The position numbers were made by a program, and so were the translations under genes. A DNA stretch of 28,978 nt from an uncultured Clostridia bacterium (lineage in GTDB: Bacteria; Bacillota; Clostridia; TANB77; CAG-508). The DNA lies in the NCBI GenBank assembly GCA_949746675.1, contig CATKDT010000040.1:1-28978 (forward strand), written 5' to 3'. How positions within the stretch are numbered: the stretch's first letter is position 1; every line of letters begins with the position of its first letter. Below, one piece after another: positions 1 through 7,578 of the stretch. The notes under the pieces are model-generated. The model made no database searches, was not told the origin of the DNA, and worked only from the letters and a program-made list of their open reading frames with translations.

Positions 1-1
1 A

Positions 2-301
2 ATACCTAAACAAGAAAAAATCACTTTAAATAAATATGGAAGAATGAGATTAAAATATTTAAAAGAACACAAAAAAGCTGAATATACTATAATGCTTATG
101 AATGGAACTTTAAATGCACACTTAAAAGAATTACAAGAAACGGCAGATAATAGAGTTGAGCAGATTATCAACGAGTTAAAAGCAAAAAGCGACTTGACCG
201 AAGATATGAAAAATACAGATATGTTATATTGGGTTGGTACTATGAACTCTATTAAAGCTCAAGCTGAGGAAATCATTTTTAGCGAATTGATTTATATATA
301 A
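2..301 (+). CDS. tnpV: TnpV-family transposon-associated protein, 5'-truncated by the window edge
   Basis: The frame is open from base 2 (IPKQEKITLNKYGRMRLKYLKEH...), so the ATG at 44 is internal. The GRM..YL.EH, G.L..HL.E and W...MN.I...AEEII motifs match my recollection of TnpV from Tn4451-type clostridial elements. A hairpin terminator follows. Confidence 0.7.
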   Translation: MPKQEKITLNKYGRMRLKYLKEHKKAEYTIMLMNGTLNAHLKELQETADNRVEQIINELKAKSDLTEDMKNTDMLYWVGTMNSIKAQAEEIIFSELIYI

Positions 302-312
302 AAAATTGTCAA

Positions 313-340
313 AGCGAGTGATATATATCATTCGCTTTTG
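313..340 (+). terminator. Rho-independent terminator, possibly bidirectional, between tnpV and the convergent 647-aa gene
   Basis: Stem GCGAGTGA (314-321) pairs with TCATTCGC (328-335) with one G-U pair. The loop is TATATA and TTTT follows at 336-339. Confidence 0.6.
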
Positions 341-380
341 TCCTCTTGAATATACTATTTATTGGATTCAGGTATAATAT

Positions 381-2324
381 TTATTCATTTTTTATAAATT
401 CCCAGTGATATCCTCCAGCTGTTTCTTTTTCATTTTTGCAACATTTGCTAATATTCTCGTTTGTGGTATGATAAAAGCGTGAAGCAGCAGAAAGGCTTTT
501 AAAAATTTCTCCAGTATCCATATTTTTTACTTTAATACCTCTATTTTCCCTTGCACATTTTGGACATCCTCTACCATTTTTGGCTCTATCTTGAATTAGT
601 GTGCTCCATGAATGACCACATTTGTTACAAATCCACCAGACTCTTCTGCCACTTCCACAAGTTATATCTGACGGTAAAAAATTATTTTTATTATAATCCC
701 ATTCTTTAGCTAAATTGGGACATAAAGTTTCTAAATCATTTTCTCCTCTAATAAGATTTTGAGAATATACTCTAGCAATTTTTAACATACAAACTTTTTC
801 TATAACATCATCATCTATTTTAATTTCTTTACTTATTTTTAGATATTTTAAAATTTGTGTAATAGCCTTTTCCATTTCTATAAAGAATAAATCCGTTTCT
901 TTTTTATCACTTGTTGTAGTAAGTTTTATATTTATATGTTTAGAAGATTTATGTTCAAAAGCCCCTTTCTCTAAAATTGTAATTACTTTATCTATTTCTT
1001 GTGCATTTCTGATTAATTCAAACTTCTTTTTGCTTCTATAGTTTTCTTCTTTATGCCAAACTACACCATCATACTCAATTCCTATTTTTTTTGATGGTAT
1101 CCACAAGTCAAGTTCCATGTTAGCATTGGTTTCTTTATTTTTTAACCAATCTGGTCTATAATTTTGAACAGTATCTGGATAAAATTCATGTAGAAAGTAA
1201 AATATTAATCTTTGTGGCATTGATGAAACATTCATAAGTGAAGGATTTAGTATACTCCTTGATTGAAATGAATGTCTTATTCTATGTCTAACAATTGTTC
1301 CATCTTCAAATTGTACTGAAATATCATCTGCTGAATTATCTTCAATGACTGTACATCTCATACCACATTTCATCAATTTTGTCTGTCCTAAAATACTATT
1401 TTTTTTAGAATAAGCATATCCTCTGCCTAAATCAGGATGGATTATAGAACCTTTAAAATAACTATCTCGAGAACAATTCTTTTTTATTTTTCCATCCTCA
1501 AACTGAACTGTTATTTTATTTTTTCCCATATCTTCTATAACTGTACAACGAAGTCCTGATTTCATAATTTTACTATTACCTTTAATGCTATTATTTATGA
1601 CTCTAGAAAAATTTTTACCTAACTTAGGGTTGGCTATAGATTTATTTTTGAAATAATCTCTTCTAATATGCTTTACAAGCGTACCATCTTCAAATTTAAC
1701 TGTAATATCTCTACTACTTTTATCTTCCACAACTGTACATCTCATACCACACCTCATTAGTGCTGATTGTCCAAGTACGCTTCCTTTTATAAAATTGGGA
1801 TTAGCAATTTTACCTTTATTAAAATTATATCTACTAGATTTCGTTATATAGCCATCCTCAAACTTAACAATTATATCATCTCGTCCATTATCTTCGATAA
1901 TTGTGCATTTCATGCCATTGGACATAACTTTACTTTTGCCTTGAATACTATATTTCCTAGAACAAGTATAGCCTCTCCTTAATGAAGGATTTGTTATTTT
2001 TCCACTAAAAAAATTATATCGTGTGCAGTTATTTTTTATAGTTCCATCTTCGAATTGTACTGATATGTTATCATAACCATTATCTTCTATAACAGTACAT
2101 TTCATTCCGTTAGACATAGTATTACTTTTGCCTTTTATACTAATTTTACGTTTTAAAGATGGATTTAAAATAGAACCTTTATTAAATCCTTGTCTAGTGC
2201 ATTTTTTTATAGTTCCATCTTCAAATTGTACAGCTATGTCATCATAACCATTATCCTTTATAACAGTACATTTCATCCCACAGTGCATCATTTTTGATTG
2301 ACCTATTATTGTTTTTTTTCGCAT
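381..2324 (-). CDS. Multidomain nuclease-like protein: six tandem ~56-64 aa repeats, a Vsr/DUF559-like PD-(D/E)xK core, a treble-clef zinc ribbon and a NUMOD1-like DNA-binding tail
   Basis: ATG at 2324 is preceded by GAGGT. The repeats span aa 8-363. The motif ELDLWIPSKKIGIEYDGVVWHK (aa 404-425) resembles the D...IEyDG..wH core of Vsr-like endonucleases. WDYNKNNFLPSDITCGSGRRVWWICNKCGHSWSTLIQDRAKNGRGCPKC resembles the DUF4379-type zinc ribbon. The C-terminal VKNMDTGEIFKSLSAASRFYHTTNENISKCCKNEKETAGGYHWEF resembles homing-endonuclease NUMOD/IENR modules. Confidence 0.65.
   Translation of the reverse strand: MRKKTIIGQSKMMHCGMKCTVIKDNGYDDIAVQFEDGTIKKCTRQGFNKGSILNPSLKRKISIKGKSNTMSNGMKCTVIEDNGYDNISVQFEDGTIKNNCTRYNFFSGKITNPSLRRGYTCSRKYSIQGKSKVMSNGMKCTIIEDNGRDDIIVKFEDGYITKSSRYNFNKGKIANPNFIKGSVLGQSALMRCGMRCTVVEDKSSRDITVKFEDGTLVKHIRRDYFKNKSIANPKLGKNFSRVINNSIKGNSKIMKSGLRCTVIEDMGKNKITVQFEDGKIKKNCSRDSYFKGSIIHPDLGRGYAYSKKNSILGQTKLMKCGMRCTVIEDNSADDISVQFEDGTIVRHRIRHSFQSRSILNPSLMNVSSMPQRLIFYFLHEFYPDTVQNYRPDWLKNKETNANMELDLWIPSKKIGIEYDGVVWHKEENYRSKKKFELIRNAQEIDKVITILEKGAFEHKSSKHINIKLTTTSDKKETDLFFIEMEKAITQILKYLKISKEIKIDDDVIEKVCMLKIARVYSQNLIRGENDLETLCPNLAKEWDYNKNNFLPSDITCGSGRRVWWICNKCGHSWSTLIQDRAKNGRGCPKCARENRGIKVKNMDTGEIFKSLSAASRFYHTTNENISKCCKNEKETAGGYHWEFIKNE
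1236..2303 (-). repeat. Six diverged in-frame tandem coding repeats (periods 57, 64, 56, 64 and 64 aa)
   Basis: Consensus G.S..M..GM+CTVIEDNG.D.I.VQFEDGTI.....R..F..G.I.NP.L starts at aa 8, 65, 129, 185, 249 and 313 of the 647-aa protein. Confidence 0.85.
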
Positions 2325-2344
2325 TTAGTTACCTCAATAAATTA

Positions 2345-2776
2345 TTACTTTCTATTTTTATTTAATTCAATAAACTCTGTAAAGTTAGCATTTGAATACC
2401 TATCAGCATTATCTGAAATATTAATAACATATGATAAACTCATTTCACAAAATAATGATATCGTTAATAATATTTTTTCATTTACAGTTTGCATTTGAAA
2501 AAAATGTGAATTATTAAATTGTTTTTTTAGATAATCTATATTTTGTACTAATCTATCTTCATTAGGTAAATGATGTATCAAATTACATTCTTCAATATTA
2601 TTAGTATTAATTGCTTTTAGTATAGTTTTTCTTATTTTACATCCACATTTATCGTCATAATATGTATTACCTAATTTTAAATATGCATATTCATAAGCTA
2701 TTTTAAGTATTGCTAATTCAATTTCATTAAAATTAATTTCAAATTTATATGATATAGTTGGATGTGTAAATTCCAT
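2345..2776 (-). CDS. C-terminal part of a split HNH-family protein. The frame is open upstream to 2836.
   Basis: This 143-aa ORF ends 20 nt upstream of the 647-aa gene start. Its frame continues upstream as KKKINSNQKDKIIEQIKNTK-MEFTH, overlapping the end of the HNH ORF. No independent RBS is obvious. Confidence 0.5.
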   Translation of the reverse strand: MEFTHPTISYKFEINFNEIELAILKIAYEYAYLKLGNTYYDDKCGCKIRKTILKAINTNNIEECNLIHHLPNEDRLVQNIDYLKKQFNNSHFFQMQTVNEKILLTISLFCEMSLSYVINISDNADRYSNANFTEFIELNKNRK

Positions 2777-2823
2777 TTTAGTATTTTTAATTTGTTCAAT
2801 AATCTTATCTTTTTGATTACTAT

Positions 2824-3240
2824 TTATTTTTTTCTTTCATGATTTTTTTTGATTATTTCTATTGCTTTTTCCCTACTAGATGTTTTAATAGTATATATAT
2901 TATCTTTTTCATTAACTCTTGTTTCAATAGTTGGTTCAAAATTTTCATTTAATATTACATTATCACCATTTTCATCTATACCTTTTTTTAAAGGGAAAGG
3001 TATTTTTCCATTTTTTCCTGCAAGTTTATAACTATTTCTAAGTAGCTCCATAAAAAAACCTGTTGTGATATATCTATCTACTTTACTTCCTAGTTTGCTA
3101 TTACATTCTATACATAAATTATCAGTTTTTAAAATTTTATTTCCCAATGCTTCTGGTATAATATGTTCTATATTAAATTCATTATCCTCTTTATTTTTTC
3201 CACAAATTATACATCTTTTCATAGCATACCTAACTTTCAA
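2824..3240 (-). CDS. HNH endonuclease, N-terminal part. The likely real start is ATG at 3222.
   Basis: CIICGKNKEDNEFNIEHIIPEALGN...CIECNSKLGSKVD is a CxxC...EH...CxxCN HNH motif. The codon at 3240 is TTG. The ATG at 3222 (MKRCIICGK) has AGGT 5 nt upstream. The ORF ends in an A7 run. Confidence 0.75.
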   Translation of the reverse strand: MKVRYAMKRCIICGKNKEDNEFNIEHIIPEALGNKILKTDNLCIECNSKLGSKVDRYITTGFFMELLRNSYKLAGKNGKIPFPLKKGIDENGDNVILNENFEPTIETRVNEKDNIYTIKTSSREKAIEIIKKNHERKK

Positions 3241-3316
3241 TTACTATTTATTTTAATAAATAATACCATAAATTTATATTTTTATCAACAAGTATAAAAC
3301 TTCCTACTAAAAGCAC

Positions 3317-3469
3317 TTGAAAATTTACAAAAGTTATGTTAAAGTAAAGATAATGAATTGATTGATATTTGTATCAATCGTTAAGAGAGAAAAAAGTTGT
3401 AGATAACTACGACGTTCGCTCCAATTTATAGCAACTTACGAACTTATAAAAAATTTCGTAAGTTTTTTT
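3317..3469 (+). ncRNA. Candidate small non-coding transcript (promoter, internal hairpins and terminator) with no ORF
   Basis: The promoter reads TTGAAA (3317-3322), a 17-nt spacer containing TG, then TAAAGT (3340-3345). There is a hairpin GATTGATA/TATCAATC (3360-3379) and a small GTAG/CTAC hairpin. A 9-bp terminator stem ACTTACGAA/TTCGTAAGT (3434-3463) overlaps the T7 run at 3463-3469. Only a 2-codon ORF lies inside. Confidence 0.3.
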
Positions 3470-3493
3470 CATTTTAGTAAATATCTTTATATT

Positions 3494-3520
3494 AGAAAAG
3501 ACCCTTATTGGGTCTTTAAC
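3494..3520 (-). terminator. Rho-independent terminator of the transglycosylase gene
   Basis: AAAGACCC (3497-3504) pairs with GGGTCTTT (3510-3517). On the minus strand TTTTCT follows. Confidence 0.7.
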
Positions 3521-3530
3521 AATGATTTAA

Positions 3531-4241
3531 TTATATACTATCAATAAAGCTATTATCTATATTTTTAGCCTCTTCATCAGTTATCATTTTTTCATGAGTT
3601 ATTGTAGATATTACTTTTTTCTGTCTTTTTTTACATAAATCTTTATTAGCTGTTGGCGCATATACACTAGGAGCATTTGGAACTCCTACCATCATAGTTA
3701 TTTCTGATAAATTCATATCTTTTGGCTCTTTGTGTAAATAGCCATTTGTTGCTTCTTTTATTCCATAATATCCATCACCGAAATAAATAATATTAACATA
3801 TAGCTCTAATATATCTTTTTTGGAATATTTTCTTTCAAGTGCACTTGCTGTAAATGCTTCTGCAAGCTTTCTCTTCACTGGATTCTTTTCTTCAATATAA
3901 TACATATTTTTTGCAACTTGTTGAGTTATTGTACTTCCACCTTCTTTAAAAGCCTTGCTCTTTAAGTTTGCAAAAAAGGCTCTTCCAATTCCAACTATAT
4001 CAATAGCTCCATGTTTATAAAATCTCTTATCCTCTACTGCAACCACTGACTTTAAATAAATTTCTGGTAGTTCTTCTGATTTTACATATGTGTAGTCATT
4101 TCTTATTTCTGTAACTTTTGTATCTATTGGAACTTTTGCAATTGTCTGTCTATAAAAAGCATATCCATATGTCATTAGACCAGTTCCAACAAATATCATC
4201 AAAACTACTAATACTAAAATTACTTTTTTTAAAACTTTCAT
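3531..4241 (-). CDS. Monofunctional peptidoglycan glycosyltransferase (GT51 transglycosylase) with an N-terminal membrane anchor
   Basis: EDKRFYKHGAIDIVGIGRA and GGSTITQQVAKN are hallmark GT51 motifs. An N-terminal TM helix is present. ATG at 4241 follows GAGGT. Confidence 0.9.
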   Translation of the reverse strand: MKVLKKVILVLVVLMIFVGTGLMTYGYAFYRQTIAKVPIDTKVTEIRNDYTYVKSEELPEIYLKSVVAVEDKRFYKHGAIDIVGIGRAFFANLKSKAFKEGGSTITQQVAKNMYYIEEKNPVKRKLAEAFTASALERKYSKKDILELYVNIIYFGDGYYGIKEATNGYLHKEPKDMNLSEITMMVGVPNAPSVYAPTANKDLCKKRQKKVISTITHEKMITDEEAKNIDNSFIDSI

Positions 4242-4343
4242 ATTTTACCTCAATTATTGTATAATATATTTTTCCCCTAATATGTTCTAATTATTGTATA
4301 TTAATAAATATTTTTTTATTTTCTAAAATTTGTTTCCAAATTT

Positions 4344-4755
4344 CTAATATTCTTCTACTTTTACATATACCTTATCTACATCACCATATCTTTTTTCAAC
4401 ACTTATTTTGCTAACTTGTGTATCATCCTTAATTATATAGTTATTCATTGCATCAAGTATAACTTTTGCTATATTGTCAATGTCTGGTTTTCTGGTAGGA
4501 CTTATCTTATTTTCTTCCATTTCTTGTCTTTTAACTCTACTTGTTTGTTTTGGAATCTTCATGTATGATATTATGTCTACTGATACTCTCCCTTCTATTT
4601 GTTGAAATCTTGGATATTTAACTCTAAATAATTGTTGTACTAATAATTCATAGTCTTTTGTACGTCCGTGGAGTATAAATCATTCCTGTATGTGTATTTA
4701 ATCTAGGTCTTTCTTTTCCTACTATTGTACCTTCTACTTCAAATTCATACTTCAT
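4344..4755 (-). pseudogene. rusA: RusA-family Holliday junction resolvase, interrupted at CCA-CGG (needs a +1 shift at 4666-4671)
   Basis: ATG at 4755 follows AAGGGAG. The 0 frame reads MKYEFEVEGTIVGKERPRLNTHTGMIYTPRTYKRL then TGA at 4648-4650. Skipping one C gives ...YTPGRTKDYELLVQQLFRVKYPRFQQIEGRVSVDIISYMKIPKQT..., which joins the 72-aa ORF containing the RusA motif KPDIDNIAKVILDAMN...KDD.QV. Confidence 0.85.
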
Positions 4756-4924
4756 TTATTGTATATACTCCCTTCGTTCATTTATATATTAACATATTAT
4801 ATGTGACAACTAAATGACAATTCTACAAATTTTTCAAATTTTCGTTCTTTAATTCTATTATATTTTGATTATATCAAACCAATTTTTTTTATACAAGATT
4901 TTGTTTGATTTTTTTCCATTCCAT

Positions 4925-4956
4925 TGTAAAAAGCTATGCATTTTACATAGCTCTTT
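4925..4956 (-). terminator. Putative terminator downstream of ppaC
   Basis: AGCTATG (4932-4938) pairs with CATAGCT (4946-4952). On the minus strand TTTTAC follows. Confidence 0.5.
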
Positions 4957-4966
4957 TCTTTATAAA

Positions 4967-5893
4967 TTATATTTTTTCTAGTATTTGTGGTAATATTTGT
5001 TTCTTTCTTGAAACAACTCCTTCTAATACCATTGAATCATCACTATCAAGTTTATTATTAAATGCTTTTTCTGTAACTTCTTTATCATTTCCTAAAGCAA
5101 TTATCTTTGAATTAGAATTAATTATATCTGTTATTACAAATACAAATAAGTCAAGTTTACTTTCAGCAATTACTTTTTCAATTTCAAATGATATTTCTTC
5201 CTTACGTACAAATACATCATTAATATCTACTGTATTTACTTGTGCAATTACAAATGTTTTTCCATTTTCTTCCACTTTTTTTGCATCTATATTTATTAAT
5301 TCTTCTGCTGAAAATGTACTTAAATCTGTTCCTGCTTTTAACATTTCTAGTCCATATTCTCTAGCATCTATACCAGCTATTTTTTCAAGTTCATTAAATG
5401 CATTTACATCTTTTTCAGTACATGTTGGCGATTTTAATAATAATGTATCTGATACTATTGCACTAAGCATAAGTATTGCTTGCGTTTTTTCTATTTCCAA
5501 TTTTAAATTTTTAAATTCTTCAAATAATATTGTTGCTGTGCATCCATATGGTTTTGCTGTATAGTATAATGGATCTTTTGTTTGAAAACTTGCAATTCTA
5601 TGATGATCTACTACCTCTTGTATTTTTGCATTTTCTATTCCATCTGCACTCTGTGGAAATTCATTATGGTCAACCAATATAACCTTTTGTCCTTCATCAA
5701 CTTTTGATATTAATTCAGGCTCTTCTACACCTGCATAATCAAGTGCGTATTTTGTTTCTTTACTTACATTTCCTAATCTAACTGCTTTATAATTTTCTCC
5801 TGTTCTTTTTGTTTCTATATATGTTTTTACTAAGCTCGAACATATTGAGTCTGTGTCAGGGTTTTTATGTCCAAATACTAATATTTCTTCCAT
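4967..5893 (-). CDS. ppaC: Manganese-dependent inorganic pyrophosphatase (family II, DHH/DHHA2)
   Basis: The N-terminus reads ILVFGHKNPDTDSICS and the DHH motif reads VVDHHR. The length is 308 aa, and the DHHA2-type C-terminal half is present. Confidence 0.92.
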   Translation of the reverse strand: MEEILVFGHKNPDTDSICSSLVKTYIETKRTGENYKAVRLGNVSKETKYALDYAGVEEPELISKVDEGQKVILVDHNEFPQSADGIENAKIQEVVDHHRIASFQTKDPLYYTAKPYGCTATILFEEFKNLKLEIEKTQAILMLSAIVSDTLLLKSPTCTEKDVNAFNELEKIAGIDAREYGLEMLKAGTDLSTFSAEELINIDAKKVEENGKTFVIAQVNTVDINDVFVRKEEISFEIEKVIAESKLDLFVFVITDIINSNSKIIALGNDKEVTEKAFNNKLDSDDSMVLEGVVSRKKQILPQILEKI

Positions 5894-6007
5894 TTTATAT
5901 TTTCCTTTCTTTTTGGCTTTTTTATAGAATGTCTTAAACTATATTCATTAGTTTTTTGTTTAATGCGATTATATAATTTTTTTTCAAATATGTCAATAAC
6001 AAGTTTT

Positions 6008-6052
6008 TTATTAAAAATAATTATCCCTCAGTACAACTGAAGGATAATTATT
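6008..6052 (-). terminator. Terminator downstream of the deacetylase gene
   Basis: A 16-bp stem, AATAATTATCCCTCAG (6016-6031) with CTGAAGGATAATTATT (6037-6052), has one mismatch. The minus-strand flank is U-rich. Confidence 0.55.
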
Positions 6053-6081
6053 CATTTTATAATTGTAATTCATTTGTAATG

Positions 6082-7056
6082 TTATTCTCTTCCTATAGCA
6101 TCAAACATAGTTTGAAACTCATATCCATTTTCTTTACAGTACTTTATTATATCTGGTAATACTTCATAAGTTAATATTTTGTCTGCTGCATCATGCATTA
6201 GTAATACTATACTTGTTTTGTTTTGAATTGTTTCTATAAAGTTATTCATTAGATCTTCTTTAGTTTTAGCTCCTTCAGCATCTTTTGTAAGTGCGTTCCA
6301 GTCAACATTCGCAATTCCCTGTTCTTTTAGTTTTTGTGCCGCTTCATGTTTCATGTCGTTGTATTTTCCGCCAGCAAGGCCACCTGGAAATCTAAATACT
6401 ATTGAATTGTATTTATCATTTTGAACTGCACTTTTTATAGCATTATTCGTTCTATTATATTCATCAAAAAGTGAATCAATACTTTCATATATCTTGCTAT
6501 ATTTATGTGAATAACTATGATTTCCAATAAAATGCCCTTCATCAAATTCTCTTTTTACTAAATCAGGGTTTTGTTCAACTCTCATACCTAGTACAAAAAA
6601 GTTTGCTTTTACATTTTCTTCTTTTAATAAATTTAAAATATATGGTGTTACTGACTTTGTAGGTCCATCATCAAAAGTTAAAAATATTCTTTTCTTATCG
6701 CTGTGTCCATATATTTTGTTCATTTTATCAAATTCTTCTTCATTTAAGGGATTATATCTTTTACTTATTTTTTCTTGCTCTTCTAGTTCCTTTTGTCTTT
6801 GCTCTTCTTCTAGCCTTTTTTCTTCTGCTTCTTTTTTTGCTTCAAGTTGTTCTAACTGGCTTATTTCTTTTTTCTCTGCATCTTTTATTCTTAATTCTTT
6901 TATTATATTATCAATCATTACTATTATTGCAATGATTGACAATAGGCAAAATATAACCAATAAAATTCTATCTACTTTAAGATGTTTTTGTTTTTTGACT
7001 ATTGATACTTCATCCCAGTTTTCTTTTATAACTCTTCCTTTTTCCTTCTTTTTCAC
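6082..7056 (-). CDS. Polysaccharide deacetylase (CE4/NodB homology) with a membrane anchor and an E/K-rich coiled-coil linker
   Basis: NodB motifs are FLTFDDGP, HSYSH and LMHD. A TM helix lies at aa ~30-50. The start is GTG at 7056, 5 nt after AAAGAGGA. Confidence 0.85.
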   Translation of the reverse strand: MKKKEKGRVIKENWDEVSIVKKQKHLKVDRILLVIFCLLSIIAIIVMIDNIIKELRIKDAEKKEISQLEQLEAKKEAEEKRLEEEQRQKELEEQEKISKRYNPLNEEEFDKMNKIYGHSDKKRIFLTFDDGPTKSVTPYILNLLKEENVKANFFVLGMRVEQNPDLVKREFDEGHFIGNHSYSHKYSKIYESIDSLFDEYNRTNNAIKSAVQNDKYNSIVFRFPGGLAGGKYNDMKHEAAQKLKEQGIANVDWNALTKDAEGAKTKEDLMNNFIETIQNKTSIVLLMHDAADKILTYEVLPDIIKYCKENGYEFQTMFDAIGRE

Positions 7057-7149
7057 GTTTTTCCTCTTTATTTACAAATTAATAAATTTACATTAATATC
7101 TTTCCTTGATTATTTTGTTATGTTCTATTGTTTTGTTATACTAATATTT

Positions 7150-7578
7150 TTATTTTTCTATTAGTTTTTCCATTGTATACCATGCTAACTCTGCACATTT
7201 TACTCTTGCTGGCAAGTTTGATATATTTTTTAATGCAATAGCATCTTCTAATTTTGCAGTTTCTTCTTCTGTAATATCTTCTCTTTTTATCATTCTTAAA
7301 AATATATTTATTAAATTAAGAGCTTCCTCTTTTGTTTTTCCTTTTAATAAGTCTATCATTATTGAAGTTGAAGCTTGTGATATAGCACATCCACTTCCAG
7401 TAAAAGCTAAATCTTCAATTAGATCACCATTCCAAATAATTTCAAGCGTTATATCATCTCCGCAACTTGGATTGTGTCCATGCTCTTTAACTGCTCCGTT
7501 TCCAAGTTCATGTTTGTTATAGGTTGCTGTGCTATGTTCCATTATTATATCTGTATAAACTGATTCTACTTCATCCAT
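7150..7578 (-). CDS. sufU: SufU-type Fe-S cluster assembly sulfur-transfer/scaffold protein
   Basis: The three cysteine motifs are NPSCGDD, GSGCAISQAS and RVKCAELAW. The gene overlaps the sufS stop by 13 nt. Confidence 0.92.
   Translation of the reverse strand: MDEVESVYTDIIMEHSTATYNKHELGNGAVKEHGHNPSCGDDITLEIIWNGDLIEDLAFTGSGCAISQASTSIMIDLLKGKTKEEALNLINIFLRMIKREDITEEETAKLEDAIALKNISNLPARVKCAELAWYTMEKLIEK

Noticed and set aside
1236-2303. A periodic ~170-190 bp repetition that could suggest a CRISPR or satellite array.
   Set aside because: The repeats are diverged and in frame, and they translate into a conserved protein module. There is no repeat-spacer structure.
4905-5564. A 219-aa plus-strand ORF. 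Similar long antisense ORFs occur at 6716-7096, 7994-8368, 10247-10552, 23033-23431, 24642-25238, 25333-25698 and 26317-26613.
   Set aside because: Each lies entirely antisense to a gene with clear family motifs (ppaC, deacetylase, sufS, sufB, the kinase-like gene, mutS). Their translations are low-complexity and rich in Leu, Phe, Ser and Ile. Several start at TTG. They are shadow ORFs, which are expected in AT-rich DNA.
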